Shown: one piece after another, positions 43,208-53,530 of the stretch
Position numbering within the stretch: position 1 is the stretch's first letter
Layout: every line of letters begins with the position of its first letter
Assembly (NCBI GenBank): GCA_020848155.1
Contig: JADLAR010000017.1
Location: 6,554-70,553, forward strand
Direction: 5' to 3'
DNA: 64,000 nt
Source of the DNA: Candidatus Sumerlaeota bacterium
GTDB taxonomy: Bacteria > Sumerlaeota > Sumerlaeia > SLMS01
Notes under the pieces: model-generated
Database searches by the model: none
Told to the model about the DNA's origin: nothing
What the model saw: the letters and a program-made list of their open reading frames with translations, nothing else
Program-made: the position numbers and the translations under genes

Positions 43208-44991
43208 CAGGACACATGTGGCTCGAAGGGAGCTTCGGGAAACTCCGCGTCGTTCCAAGCCTTCCATCCAATCGGCGAGTTTTGACGAACGGCACGTTGC
43301 AGCGAACGAAGGGCGTCATGCGTGCGTAGAAAGCATTCAGGGGTGTTGGCGGCGCCTTCCGCTGCATTGGTCGTGTACAGGAGACCTGCCGCCGTGCCGG
43401 CCGCGGACCCACTGGCCCATTCTATGGGGTGCAGCCGGTAGGCGCTGTTCGTGATGAACGTTTGTGCCATGTTCTTTCCGCAGGCCATCAGGTTGGCGAC
43501 GTTCCCCGACAGCAAGGCGCGATAGGGAATGTAGAATGGCGCTGGCCTCTCAAAGCCGGGCTTCAGGCCGCGCTGGTTGCGGATGGGATGCACGTCCGCC
43601 GCATAGGAGCCGATGCCAACAGCATCATAGTATCGATGGGAAGGCATGTTGTCGTAGTCGGGCGATTCGGAATTTTTCCAGTGACGTTCGAGGATGCGGA
43701 AGTTGCCCGGCCCCACGATGCGACGCGCACAGCGCACGTACGGAAACCTGGCGAGGCCATGACGCGTACCCATCATGTTCAGCGGATGGCTTCCACAGGG
43801 GAACGTGGTATCCCAGGATGTGGGCCGATTCTTCTTCATCCAGAAATACCAGGCAACAGCGTGCAATTCGCAACCTGCCAGCGTGTCGTGATCCACAGCG
43901 CCGAGCCAGTCCCCGTGCGCCTGCGCCGCTGTGCTTGCCGTGTCGAGGAGCAATGAGGAGTACGGGTAGTCATTTCCCGGCTCCCAATTCTGCATGGAAA
44001 CATCACCGCGATGAACGGCGTCAAAGTCGTGGAGCTTTCCCTCCGTCCTCAGGCGGCGATAAGTCCACACCTTCTCCCAGGTGAAATGACGGAGGGAGAA
44101 GTAGGATGCTTCCTGTTCCGCGCAATAGGAGTCAAACTGGGGCCAATGCGTTTTCAGGTCCTCTTCGGCGTGCGGAACCTCCGAGTCCGTCATGCAGAAG
44201 ACGAAGACCGTGGCTTGGCTGGCCCGATCGTCCATGGCGGGAAGTTGCCCACTGGAGTCGAGTTCCTCGGTCATCAACTCCGCACCCTGCGTGTAGGCCG
44301 CGCCAGACAACACAATCGCATCACCGAGTTCCGAGGCGTCGATCACCGTGAAGCCGCGCACCGGATCGACTGCCTCCACGCGATGAACCACCTTCGCGAA
44401 ACGATGCGAGTCGGCGGTGGAGTACCAATCCGCCATCTCATCGGAAAGAAAATCGTCGAAGGGCTTGTAGGGGGCGATGGGTGTGCGCTCAATCAGCGTG
44501 AGCGCGACGATCCTGCCATGACGAACTTCCGCGCGCTTGAGCGTGGTGAGCTTCATGAGTGTGATGTTGGGCTGCTCCGCGATCATCCGATCCAGAACCC
44601 ATGCAGCGCTGCGGGGGTCGAACACCTCCCGCGAAACCCATGAGGTCCCGTTGGGCGAAAGCCCCGTCCCTGGCACGCCCGGTTCATTCATGCGGCGGAG
44701 CCATTCCAGATAGTCCTTCGCGTAGTGCGAGTCGGGATCCCCTGCCATGGCTGTGCGACCCGGATCAAACCATGCATTGTCGATGGCGCTGACGCCCTGC
44801 GATGTCGCCTGGCCGCCCAGCCAGTCGGTTGGCTCCACAAGAAGGACGCGCGCACCGGGGGCGTTTCGTGCAGCCGCCAGGGCGGCGGCGGGGGCGCTGA
44901 GGGAACCACCCCAAATGACGATGTCAAACCGGAGTGAAGGAACGGCCATTTCTGCCACGTGAAAACCCTGCATCAAGGAATGGGCAAACAT
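43207..44991 (-). CDS. FAD-dependent oxidoreductase (PF12831-like)
   Basis: N-terminal dinucleotide-binding motif DIVIWGGSLSAPAAALAAA...VLLVEPTDWLGGQ. The protein is large (about 580-594 aa), like FAD_oxidored-family proteins. Confidence 0.65.
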   Translation of the reverse strand: MFAHSLMQGFHVAEMAVPSLRFDIVIWGGSLSAPAAALAAARNAPGARVLLVEPTDWLGGQATSQGVSAIDNAWFDPGRTAMAGDPDSHYAKDYLEWLRRMNEPGVPGTGLSPNGTSWVSREVFDPRSAAWVLDRMIAEQPNITLMKLTTLKRAEVRHGRIVALTLIERTPIAPYKPFDDFLSDEMADWYSTADSHRFAKVVHRVEAVDPVRGFTVIDASELGDAIVLSGAAYTQGAELMTEELDSSGQLPAMDDRASQATVFVFCMTDSEVPHAEEDLKTHWPQFDSYCAEQEASYFSLRHFTWEKVWTYRRLRTEGKLHDFDAVHRGDVSMQNWEPGNDYPYSSLLLDTASTAAQAHGDWLGAVDHDTLAGCELHAVAWYFWMKKNRPTSWDTTFPCGSHPLNMMGTRHGLARFPYVRCARRIVGPGNFRILERHWKNSESPDYDNMPSHRYYDAVGIGSYAADVHPIRNQRGLKPGFERPAPFYIPYRALLSGNVANLMACGKNMAQTFITNSAYRLHPIEWASGSAAGTAAGLLYTTNAAEGAANTPECFLRTHDALRSLQRAVRQNSPIGWKAWNDAEFPEAPFEPHVS

Positions 44992-45081
44992 TGGACGTGG
45001 GCGGCGCGGACCGCAATCGAATCACACAGGCCCGCAAATGGACTCTTGCGACGACAGCAGCCTGCGCCGACAATCCCCGCA

Positions 45082-45642
45082 ATGACCAACCTGCACGAAA
45101 TCTATCAGGCAAGCGACACCGACGATGATCTCCTTCCCGTCGTGGATGAACACGACGTCCCGGTGGGGCGTGGGCGAAGGAAGGATGTCCACGCGCAAAA
45201 ATTACGTCACCGGGCGGTGCATGTCGTCGTGAGGAATCGCGCCGGGCAGGTGCTGTTGCAGCTTCGCAGCCACAGAAAGGACAGCCATCCCGGCTGGTGG
45301 GACATCAGCGTTGGTGGGCATGTGGATGTGGACGAGGATTATGATGCCGCTGCGGTTCGCGAATTGCGCGAGGAACTTGGAATCGTTGCCCCGATGACGT
45401 GCGTTGCAAGGCGCGGGGCCGGGCCGGAAAGCGGTTGGGAATTCGTTCGCATCTACGAATGCACTCATGATGGTGAAGTCCCGTTTCACCGTGGCGAAAT
45501 TGACGCGGTGCGATGGGTGGACGCGAAGGACTTGATCTCCTTTGGCCATTCCAACGCGCAAGGCGACGAGTGGAGGGTGACAGGTTCAGGATTGCTGAGC
45601 TTTCACGAATGGGCACACGCGACCGGAGCCGTGAAGTCGTGA
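45082..45642 (+). CDS. NUDIX hydrolase (isopentenyl-diphosphate isomerase type-1-like)
   Basis: Nudix box GHVDVDEDYDAAAVRELREELGI. The start is assigned to MTNLHEIY within the track ORF. Confidence 0.75.
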   Translation: MTNLHEIYQASDTDDDLLPVVDEHDVPVGRGRRKDVHAQKLRHRAVHVVVRNRAGQVLLQLRSHRKDSHPGWWDISVGGHVDVDEDYDAAAVRELREELGIVAPMTCVARRGAGPESGWEFVRIYECTHDGEVPFHRGEIDAVRWVDAKDLISFGHSNAQGDEWRVTGSGLLSFHEWAHATGAVKS

Positions 45643-46529
45643 AGAAGGACGTGCTTACCATTGGCGATGCCGTGCTGAAAAGTGCGGAATACCTGAAGGG
45701 CAAGGGAATCGATTCCCCGCGCCTGGATGCGGAATTGCTGCTCGGAAAGATCATGAACACGGACCGCCTGCACCTGTACATGGACTGGCAGAAGCCGCTG
45801 ACACAGCTTGAGATTTCCGCATATCGGGAATTCATCCGCCGACGCGGGCACGATCGCGAGCCTGTGGCGCGCATCATCGCAAGGAAGAATTTCTTCAAGC
45901 GTGATTTCGAAGTAGGCGTGGACACCTTTGTTCCACGACCCGAAACAGAAGGTGTGGTTGAACACGCGTTGATGCTCCTGGATTCGGAGCCGGCGCTGAA
46001 GGGGGACCGGCAAACGGTGTTCGAGGTGGGGACGGGGACGGGCTGCATCATCGTCTCGCTGGCTGCGGAACGTGGGCAGCATCACCACATCGCAACGGAT
46101 ATTTCCGCAGGCGCCCTGGCGACGGCGAAGCGGAACGCAAGGACGCACCAGGTGGAGGGGCGCATCGACTTTCGCCATGGGAGCGTCTTCGCGGGCTACG
46201 AGGGCACGCTGGGGCTGATCGTGAGCAATCCTCCGTATATACAGCGCAGCGAGATTGAATCCCTGCCGCCAGAGGTGCGCGTGTTCGACCCGATGACGGC
46301 ACTGGAAGGCGGCGAGGACGGACTGGATGTGGTGCGCGCAATCGCGGAGGGAGGTGCCAGGCTACTGATCGCAGGTGGCTGGACAGTGCTGGAAATCGGT
46401 GAAGGCCAAGCCCAGCCAACGGTTCAGATTTTTCGCGCAACAGGCGCGTTTGGCAATGCGCGCGTTGAACGCGACCTTGCCGGCGTTGAGCGGTATGTGC
46501 TGGTGCAAAGGAACGGCGGGGAGGCGTGA
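45609..46529 (+). CDS. prmC: Release factor glutamine N5-methyltransferase PrmC (HemK)
   Basis: NPPY motif (IVSNPPYIQ), a SAM-binding motif (VFEVGTGTGCI) and the N-terminal HemK helical domain. The start is uncertain by ~30 bp (ATG at 45609). Confidence 0.8.
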   Translation: MGTRDRSREVVKKDVLTIGDAVLKSAEYLKGKGIDSPRLDAELLLGKIMNTDRLHLYMDWQKPLTQLEISAYREFIRRRGHDREPVARIIARKNFFKRDFEVGVDTFVPRPETEGVVEHALMLLDSEPALKGDRQTVFEVGTGTGCIIVSLAAERGQHHHIATDISAGALATAKRNARTHQVEGRIDFRHGSVFAGYEGTLGLIVSNPPYIQRSEIESLPPEVRVFDPMTALEGGEDGLDVVRAIAEGGARLLIAGGWTVLEIGEGQAQPTVQIFRATGAFGNARVERDLAGVERYVLVQRNGGEA

Positions 46530-46536
46530 CTGGAAG

Positions 46537-47331
46537 ATGACCTGGATTGTCGCAGCGGTCAATGTGAGTCCCGAATCCTTCTACGCAGGCTCTGTGCTGC
46601 GGACACCGCAGATCGCGGATGCTGTGAAACAGGCGGAGGACGACGGCGCTGCGATGATCGACATCGGTGCGATGTCCACCGCACCGTACAAGGAAACGCG
46701 GATTACAGAAGCGGAAGAGGCAGCGCGAATGGCGGTGGCGATTCGTGCCGCACGGGGTGCGACACGGCTGCGATTGAGCGCGGATACGCAACGGGCGGAA
46801 GTTGCACGCGTGGCCCTGGACGAAGGGGCGGACATCATCAATGACGTGAGCGCCCTCCGCGCAGACAACGGAATGGCGGCCTTGATTGCCGCAAGGGGAG
46901 CTGGCGTGATCCTCATGGCGAACGACGACACGACCATCGAGGAGGGCGGCAGAAGCCCGATCAATGTTGTGAGGGACCTCCTGATGGAGGCGATGGATCG
47001 CGCGATGGCAGCAGGTATCGCGAAGGAACGCATCATCATTGATCCCGGCATTGGTTTCTTTCGGGAGCGCTCGCTGCCATGGGATGAATGGGACTGGGAG
47101 GTTTTGCGCCGTGTCGGCGAATTGCGCGCCCTGGGCGTGCCGGTGATGGTCGGCGCTTCGCGTAAATCCTTCCTTGGAAAAATTTCACGGGGTGCGGTGG
47201 CAGAGGATCGACTGGCGGGATCACTGGCGGTCGCCGCGTGGTGCGCGCAGGAGGGAGTGGACTGGCTGCGCGTACATGATGTCAGGGAATCAAGCGACGT
47301 GCTGCGGGTGCTGTCCCGATTGCGGAGTTGA
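46537..47331 (+). CDS. folP: Dihydropteroate synthase
   Basis: Pterin-binding domain blocks (VNVSPESFYAG ... DIGAMSTAP ... IINDVSA ... MVGASRKSF). Confidence 0.85.
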   Translation: MTWIVAAVNVSPESFYAGSVLRTPQIADAVKQAEDDGAAMIDIGAMSTAPYKETRITEAEEAARMAVAIRAARGATRLRLSADTQRAEVARVALDEGADIINDVSALRADNGMAALIAARGAGVILMANDDTTIEEGGRSPINVVRDLLMEAMDRAMAAGIAKERIIIDPGIGFFRERSLPWDEWDWEVLRRVGELRALGVPVMVGASRKSFLGKISRGAVAEDRLAGSLAVAAWCAQEGVDWLRVHDVRESSDVLRVLSRLRS

Positions 47332-47333
47332 GC

Positions 47334-49163
47334 CTACTTCAAACGGCGGGCACGTTCGATCCGGACCCATGTGTTTTGAATCGGTGAAATTGAGTTCTGT
47401 TCGCCGTTGCTGACGCGCAGCAGGACAAGCTCCTTCACGCGGTGTTCGGCCTCGATCTTGTACTTCGAAAGGTCGGCGGGAGGCCGGGAGGCATCGTATA
47501 GCAGGATATACGAGTCCGGATGCTTCGCGGGAGCACCGGGGACACGATCCTTGTTCATGTGGAAGGCCCAGTCGAGGCCCTGCTCCAATGACGCCACATC
47601 GTGGTGCTGTGAATTGAAGAGGTAGTAGTTTCCGCCGGGCCCGCTTCGAAGCGTGAAGGTGCGTGTGCGGAATTGCTCCTCGGAAACGCCCCACTCGCGA
47701 ATGAGGAAGCTGGCAGCCTCGCTGATGGTTGTCCAATCGTAGGATTCGTAGAGGGAGTACTTCAAGCTGCGGCCCTTCGACTTTGCGACCGTGAGGTGCG
47801 CGGCAACGACAGCTGCCTGCAGGAAACAGATCGCCACGATTGGAACGGCGACGAGCACGCGACGAAATTTCAATTTTGCCCCGATGACAACCGCAACCCA
47901 ACGTGCGCACAACGCCCAGAGCAGGAATGGAAGCGGAAACATCACGAAGAAATAGCGGATCGCACCAACACCGATGGATTTTCCGTCCTTCGGTGCCGCC
48001 ATGGTGGTCGTGACGAGCATGGGAGCCGTCGCGAGCAGGACGCTGACCAGGAGAAAGAGCGCGCGCCTGTGTGCGTCTCCGGTGGAGCCGTCCTCGTTGC
48101 CAAACACGCGGGAGGCATGACGCTTCCCGACTGTGGCGTACCATAGGCACAGGGCAAGACTCCCAAGAAACGCGGCGACATAGAGCCAGCGGATCTGGTG
48201 AGCTGTATAGACAAGGCGCCAGACTGGCGGCTTCAACTGGTATGGGCCAAACTCCGCGAGCAGATTGAGGTAGCTGAAGGAACCTGTTTCATAGCGACGA
48301 TCATAGAACACGGGCGATAGCGCAACCTGCAGGGCCTTCATCGCGCCAACGTTGTAGTGCAGGCGGCGACGGCCTTCCCCCTGAATGGGAATGTTGGCGT
48401 CGTTGGCAGTCTCCAACCTTGCGGGAGGTATGAAGATCGCCTTTGTGTTGGAAAATCCGTGCATCGCATCCCCCATGATGTAGGGCGCAAAGAGGAAGAG
48501 CACTGTGCCGGCGGTGATGATGGCGAACCGGCGCGGAAGGCCCGGACGGAAAATGAAGAGTCCCACGACAAACGCAAACAACATGACGAGGGCGGAAAGG
48601 TGAACCTGGAAAAGCAGGCACCATGCACCCGCCGCGAGCGGCAGCCGGTGCCACTGCGCGCGGAAGAAGAACCCGAAGATCGCCCAGTAAAAAAGGGTGG
48701 AGAGCGGGAAGATGAAGCTGGGATTCCACACATAGCGCAACGCCAGCACGGCGAGCGGGAATGTGGCGAAGAGGGCAGATGCGGCGATCCCCGTTGCGCG
48801 GGAGAAATTTTCCGCCCCCATGCGGTAGGTGAGCCAGAGAGCGCCCGCATGCAGGAGTGCGAGCCAGACGAGCATCGCGCGCGGATCGAGCGAGAAGACG
48901 AGGGCGGGCGCCTGAAGCCAATAGAGCGCAGGCCCCATGGTCCGGCCACCCTGCGTGAGTTCCGATCCGGTGTACGGAAAATCATCACCCTGGATGAGTT
49001 GCAGCGTGCGCCAGAAATCGCGCTCCGCGTGGATGTTGAAGTAGATTTGCCCGGGGTTCCAGACGCGCAGCGCAAAACCAACGACGATGATCGCGGCGGC
49101 AATCCAGCAGCTAATGCGTGATAGGGATCCGCTGCGGGAGGATTGCGGCGGGGACGAAATCAA
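47334..49163 (-). CDS. Polytopic membrane protein resembling GT-C-fold glycosyltransferases (ArnT/PMT-like)
   Basis: 609 aa with more than 10 TM helices and a GT-C-like N-terminal loop that includes a DD/DE segment (IQGDDFPY). It overlaps the plsX stop by 4 bp, indicating an rpmF-plsX-GT-C operon. Confidence 0.55.
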   Translation of the reverse strand: MISSPPQSSRSGSLSRISCWIAAAIIVVGFALRVWNPGQIYFNIHAERDFWRTLQLIQGDDFPYTGSELTQGGRTMGPALYWLQAPALVFSLDPRAMLVWLALLHAGALWLTYRMGAENFSRATGIAASALFATFPLAVLALRYVWNPSFIFPLSTLFYWAIFGFFFRAQWHRLPLAAGAWCLLFQVHLSALVMLFAFVVGLFIFRPGLPRRFAIITAGTVLFLFAPYIMGDAMHGFSNTKAIFIPPARLETANDANIPIQGEGRRRLHYNVGAMKALQVALSPVFYDRRYETGSFSYLNLLAEFGPYQLKPPVWRLVYTAHQIRWLYVAAFLGSLALCLWYATVGKRHASRVFGNEDGSTGDAHRRALFLLVSVLLATAPMLVTTTMAAPKDGKSIGVGAIRYFFVMFPLPFLLWALCARWVAVVIGAKLKFRRVLVAVPIVAICFLQAAVVAAHLTVAKSKGRSLKYSLYESYDWTTISEAASFLIREWGVSEEQFRTRTFTLRSGPGGNYYLFNSQHHDVASLEQGLDWAFHMNKDRVPGAPAKHPDSYILLYDASRPPADLSKYKIEAEHRVKELVLLRVSNGEQNSISPIQNTWVRIERARRLK

Positions 49164-50227
49164 CCTTCGCCAACAGCGTGGGGGTTGTCGTCATCGTCGT
49201 GTGATTCAAAATGCTTCACGCCCGCCCTGGCAAGGATCTCGTGGTGCTTCACAAGGTCCGCGCCAAGATGCTTCACAAGGCCGCAGCTTGCGCTGTCGGC
49301 GGCCATGCGAAGCGCGTTCATGATGGCCTTCTCGTTGGAGGATCCGTGCGTGATGATGGCGATGCCGTTCACGCCGAGGAGCGGTGCGCCGCCTGACTCA
49401 TCATAGTCTGTCTTCTTCTTCAGCGCAGCGATGGCAGGATAGGCGAGGATGCCGCCCGCCATGGTGGTTATTGCCTTCTTCGCTTCCTTCTTCAGGATGT
49501 CGACAATCGCAACGGCGAGGCCCTCGGATGTTTTCAGCACAACGTTGCCCACGAATCCGTCACACACAATGACGTCGTAATCGCCGGTGAAAATGTCGCG
49601 CCCTTCCGCGTTGCCGAGAAAGTTCAGGCCCGCCTTGCGGAGAAGTTGATGGGTTTCAAGGACGACCTCGTTCCCCTTCGTTTCCTCCTCGCCGTTGGAC
49701 AGCAGGCCAACACGGGGATTGGGGCGGCCCATGACTTCGCGCGCGTAGGTGGAACCCATGATGGCGAAGTCGATCAGGTTGTGCGGCTTGCAGTCCACGA
49801 CGGCGCCGGAATCGACGATGGCAACGCGCTCGTGTCGCGTGGGAAGCGTCGTCGCAATGGCGGGCTTCTTGATGCCGGGAAGGTTGCGCCAAGCCATGAT
49901 AGCGTGGGCCATGAACGCGCCGGTGTTGGCGGGCGAGACCACTGCGGCCCCCTCCCCCTTCTTGACCAGGTTCACGGCAATGGCAAGCGAGCTGTTCTTC
50001 TTGCGCAGCGATTCGCGTGGCTTGTCCTGCATGGTGACCACGTCTTCCGCGTTCATGACGTGGATACGACGATCGTTCATCTTCTTCGCGGAAAGGAGGC
50101 GCTTGATGTGGCGTTCCTTGCCGACGACGATGACTTCCATGTTGAATTTTTGCGCGGCGGCAACGGCGCCCTCCACACAGGGACGCGGGCCCAAGTCACC
50201 GCCCATGGCATCAAGAACAATTCTCAT
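49160..50227 (-). CDS. plsX: Phosphate acyltransferase PlsX
   Basis: 355 aa beginning MRIVLDAMGGDLGP and conserved throughout with PlsX. Confidence 0.9.
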   Translation of the reverse strand: MRIVLDAMGGDLGPRPCVEGAVAAAQKFNMEVIVVGKERHIKRLLSAKKMNDRRIHVMNAEDVVTMQDKPRESLRKKNSSLAIAVNLVKKGEGAAVVSPANTGAFMAHAIMAWRNLPGIKKPAIATTLPTRHERVAIVDSGAVVDCKPHNLIDFAIMGSTYAREVMGRPNPRVGLLSNGEEETKGNEVVLETHQLLRKAGLNFLGNAEGRDIFTGDYDVIVCDGFVGNVVLKTSEGLAVAIVDILKKEAKKAITTMAGGILAYPAIAALKKKTDYDESGGAPLLGVNGIAIITHGSSNEKAIMNALRMAADSASCGLVKHLGADLVKHHEILARAGVKHFESHDDDDNPHAVGEG

Positions 50228-50342
50228 CGCGAGGAAGAAGACCGCCGAAGGATAAAACTATCAAGCCGCGAAGGCCTGTGGCTCAGGCAACTTCGCGGCT
50301 CAGTTTGGAACAAGTGGAAAGAGAGAAACGACAGTCGTACGG

Positions 50343-50528
50343 TTACGACTTTGTTTCAACCTTCTTCACCTTGGTCTTCTTGTACTCGCCACAGTTCTGG
50401 CAGACGCGGTGGGCAAGCTTCTGCTGCCCACACGTTTCGCAGGGAACGGTGTTGACTGCCTTGATCTGTTTTTGTGAACGGTCCTTCCCTTGGCGGGATC
50501 GGCCGTGGCGTCGTCTTGGTACTGGCAT
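50343..50528 (-). CDS. rpmF: 50S ribosomal protein L32
   Basis: 61 aa with the Zn-ribbon motif CETCGQQKLAHRVCQNCG and the typical N-terminal MPVPRRR. Confidence 0.9.
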   Translation of the reverse strand: MPVPRRRHGRSRQGKDRSQKQIKAVNTVPCETCGQQKLAHRVCQNCGEYKKTKVKKVETKS

Positions 50529-50719
50529 GAATGTCTCTTTGAAACCTCCGTGAAAGGGCTGGGAAGGGTCTGCAAGGAGGCCTCACACGTCAAGGGTGAA
50601 ATTGATCGTCCCCTTTGTGTTTTCTTCGCTACGAGCCAAAGACGCTGAGGGGCGTTGACTTGCCTTGTGAATTATCATTCGATGTGAGGCTACGGGCGCG
50701 AAAATTGCCCAAATTGCGC

Positions 50720-51748
50720 ATGATGACTGTTTCCGCACCCAATACACCAGTGATAAGCGCCTCGCCTGCGACGGTGGAGGATCGCTACGGACGACGGCTG
50801 CGCTATTTGCGCCTTTCCGTGACGGACCTCTGCAACCTGTCCTGCCAGTATTGCAACCCCGTGAAGGGATGCGCGCAAAGCCACCACTACAAGCTAAGCT
50901 GGGACGACTTGGGCTTTGTGGCGGACGTGGCGGTACGGGATTTGGGCGTGGAGGCAATTCGCATCACCGGCGGGGAGCCTACGGTCCGTCCCGGGTTGAC
51001 GGACTGGATCGCGTCGATCCGCGAACTGCCGGGTTTGCGCGACATCGCCATGACGACGAACGGAATGCTCCTGGGGAAAATGTCCGCTGCCTTGCGCGAT
51101 GCGGGGCTGCGTCGCGTGAATGTTTCTCTCGATTCATTCAATGCGGAAGTTTTTCGCGAGGTAACACGCGGCGGTTCGTTGGAACGCTGCCTCGATGGGA
51201 TCAGTCGGGCTGCGGAACTGCTTGAGCGCGTGAAAGTCAACTGCGTGCTGTTGCAGGGAGTGAACGACCATGAACTGGAGAAGTTCATCCTGTTCTCCCA
51301 CGACAAGAACATTGAAGTCCGCTTCATCGAATTGATGCCGATCTTCGACCAGAAGGAATACTTCCACAGGCATTTCATCTCCGTGGAGGAAATGAAGACG
51401 CGGATCGCGGCGTTGGGGCTGAAGCTGGAGGCGGACACATCGCGCGGATACGGACCTGCAACCACGTTCCACGTGGCCGGCACGGGTGCGCGTCTTGGCT
51501 TCATCAGCCAGATGTCCGACACGAAGTGCCTGACGTGCAACAAGCTCCGCATCACGGCGGACGGCGCGCTGAAGGCATGCCTCTTGTCGCCGCAGGAGGT
51601 TGATTTGGTGCCGCTCATTGCAGCGCGTGATCGCGAGGCGTTTGCCGGTGCGCTCTGCGGCAGCTTCCTGCAACGCGCGGAGCGGTATGACTTGAAGCAG
51701 ATCATCAGCGAACCCGTTTCCCGCACGATGCAGGCCATCGGCGGATGA
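50720..51748 (+). CDS. moaA: GTP 3',8-cyclase MoaA (radical SAM)
   Basis: The motif CNLSCQYC, together with GGEPTVRP and the C-terminal MoaA blocks, identifies MoaA. The start is assigned to MMTVS (50720). Confidence 0.9.
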   Translation: MMTVSAPNTPVISASPATVEDRYGRRLRYLRLSVTDLCNLSCQYCNPVKGCAQSHHYKLSWDDLGFVADVAVRDLGVEAIRITGGEPTVRPGLTDWIASIRELPGLRDIAMTTNGMLLGKMSAALRDAGLRRVNVSLDSFNAEVFREVTRGGSLERCLDGISRAAELLERVKVNCVLLQGVNDHELEKFILFSHDKNIEVRFIELMPIFDQKEYFHRHFISVEEMKTRIAALGLKLEADTSRGYGPATTFHVAGTGARLGFISQMSDTKCLTCNKLRITADGALKACLLSPQEVDLVPLIAARDREAFAGALCGSFLQRAERYDLKQIISEPVSRTMQAIGG

Positions 51749-51755
51749 GAAGGGC

Positions 51756-53453
51756 TTGCGCATGACTGAGCAACAGGCGCCCGTACGCCCGGGCATCGCC
51801 GCGTTGGCCAAGGTTGACGCACGCGCGATGTGCACGCTGCTCGGCGCGGCATCGGACGTTGGGCTCGTGGGCTTCGCAGCGGATGGAAAAATCCTCCTGT
51901 TCAACAAGGGTGCGGAGCGCCTGTTCGGCTATCGCGCGGACACCGTGATAGGGGCGGCAACGTACGAAGTGCTGCACAAGAAGGATGATTTCTCCTTCTT
52001 CTTCGAGGAGAATGCCTTCGCGGAAAACCCCGTGCGGGAGATGGAAACCCATGTGATCACGCGCACGGGCGATTTGCTTCCGGCGCGATTGACAATCCAC
52101 AAGTCTGCCCCCGCGGCGGAGGACGGGATCGTCTACTATGCGTTCTATCGCAACATCTCGGAACTTGCGGGGGCGTTGCGGCAGGCGGTGGACCTGAGGA
52201 ACCAGATCAACGAGACGGCGAGCCAGACGCAGAAGGAAGCACAGTTCCTGCGCCAGCTTCTACGCCACACCGTGGAAGCGATCCAGATCGGAATCGCAGT
52301 GCAGAATTTTGATGATGGCGTGCTGGCCTATGTGAATGAGGGGTTCGAGCAGATCACGGGCCTTGGGAATCCCGATGTCATGGGCAGGACGATCGCCGAG
52401 GTCTTCAGCCAGTTCCCCGAAACGTGCAACCGCATCAATGATTTCACCGAGCGCATCCGCAAGAGCGCGACGGGCGAGGGAACGACGCCCTCCAACGCCC
52501 TGTGGGAGCTGGATTTCCCAGCGGGAAAACGGAGCGTGGAGATGTATGGACGTTCCACCATCGTGGAAGGCCATCCGTCACAGTATGTGCTTCTGCTTCT
52601 GGAGGACGTGACGGAACGGCAGCGGTTGCAAATGCAGCTTGTGCAGTCGGAAAAGCTGGCGGCGATCGGCCAGCTTGCCGCAGGCATCGCGCACGAGATG
52701 CGCAACCCGCTGAACACGATCTACAATGCGCTCTTTGACCTTACGGAGATCCTGAAGAACCCCGCGCCGGACGTGGCGGAGGACATCAATATTTCCATGG
52801 AGGAAATCAAGCGTGTGCATGAAATCATCAACAACATGCTTGATTTCGCGCGCGAGTCGGGGCGCACAACGGGACGCGCGAACCTGAACGAGGTGATCAC
52901 GAGGACGATTCGCCTGGTGCAGCACGACCTCTCAAACAAACACATCGCGATCACGGCGGACCTGAAGGATATCCCGCCGGTGGCCATCAGCAACAATGCC
53001 ATGAAGCAGATCCTGATCAACATGACCACGAACGCCGCCGACGCCATGCCGAAAGGCGGATCCCTGTCGATCAGCACGATGCTGCGGCGGGGCAAGGTGC
53101 CACTGCACAATCCACCGTCATGCGCGCCACAGGAGACACTGAAGGCGAGCAGCATCCGGCTGGCGGAAATTTCCGGCCACCCGACGCGGGATTTTTCCGA
53201 AGGGGTCTACGCGGAACACGCCCTGATCAAGTTCAGCGACACGGGACATGGCATCCCCTCCGCTCTCCTGCCAAACGTATTCAACCCGTTCTTCACGACA
53301 AAGCCGCCGGGCAGCGGCACGGGCCTTGGGCTTTCGATTGTCCATTCACTGGTGCAGGATGCCGGCGGTGCGATTTCCGTCAAGTCACAGGAAGGTGTCG
53401 GCACGACGTTCGTGATTGAGCTTCCGGTGCTGGCGGACGACGTGGAGGGTTGA
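51756..53453 (+). CDS. PAS-domain sensor histidine kinase (orphan; no adjacent response regulator)
   Basis: PAS regions are followed by a HisKA H-box (HEMRNPLNTI) and HATPase_c N/G boxes (NAADAM ... GTGLGLSIV). Confidence 0.85.
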   Translation: MRMTEQQAPVRPGIAALAKVDARAMCTLLGAASDVGLVGFAADGKILLFNKGAERLFGYRADTVIGAATYEVLHKKDDFSFFFEENAFAENPVREMETHVITRTGDLLPARLTIHKSAPAAEDGIVYYAFYRNISELAGALRQAVDLRNQINETASQTQKEAQFLRQLLRHTVEAIQIGIAVQNFDDGVLAYVNEGFEQITGLGNPDVMGRTIAEVFSQFPETCNRINDFTERIRKSATGEGTTPSNALWELDFPAGKRSVEMYGRSTIVEGHPSQYVLLLLEDVTERQRLQMQLVQSEKLAAIGQLAAGIAHEMRNPLNTIYNALFDLTEILKNPAPDVAEDINISMEEIKRVHEIINNMLDFARESGRTTGRANLNEVITRTIRLVQHDLSNKHIAITADLKDIPPVAISNNAMKQILINMTTNAADAMPKGGSLSISTMLRRGKVPLHNPPSCAPQETLKASSIRLAEISGHPTRDFSEGVYAEHALIKFSDTGHGIPSALLPNVFNPFFTTKPPGSGTGLGLSIVHSLVQDAGGAISVKSQEGVGTTFVIELPVLADDVEG

Positions 53454-53530
53454 TGGGCGCGATTTCGCCCTTGCCGTGACTGCTGGGTTGCCCCATACCG
53501 GCGCACCCGCAAACGGAGAGCCTTCGCTCG

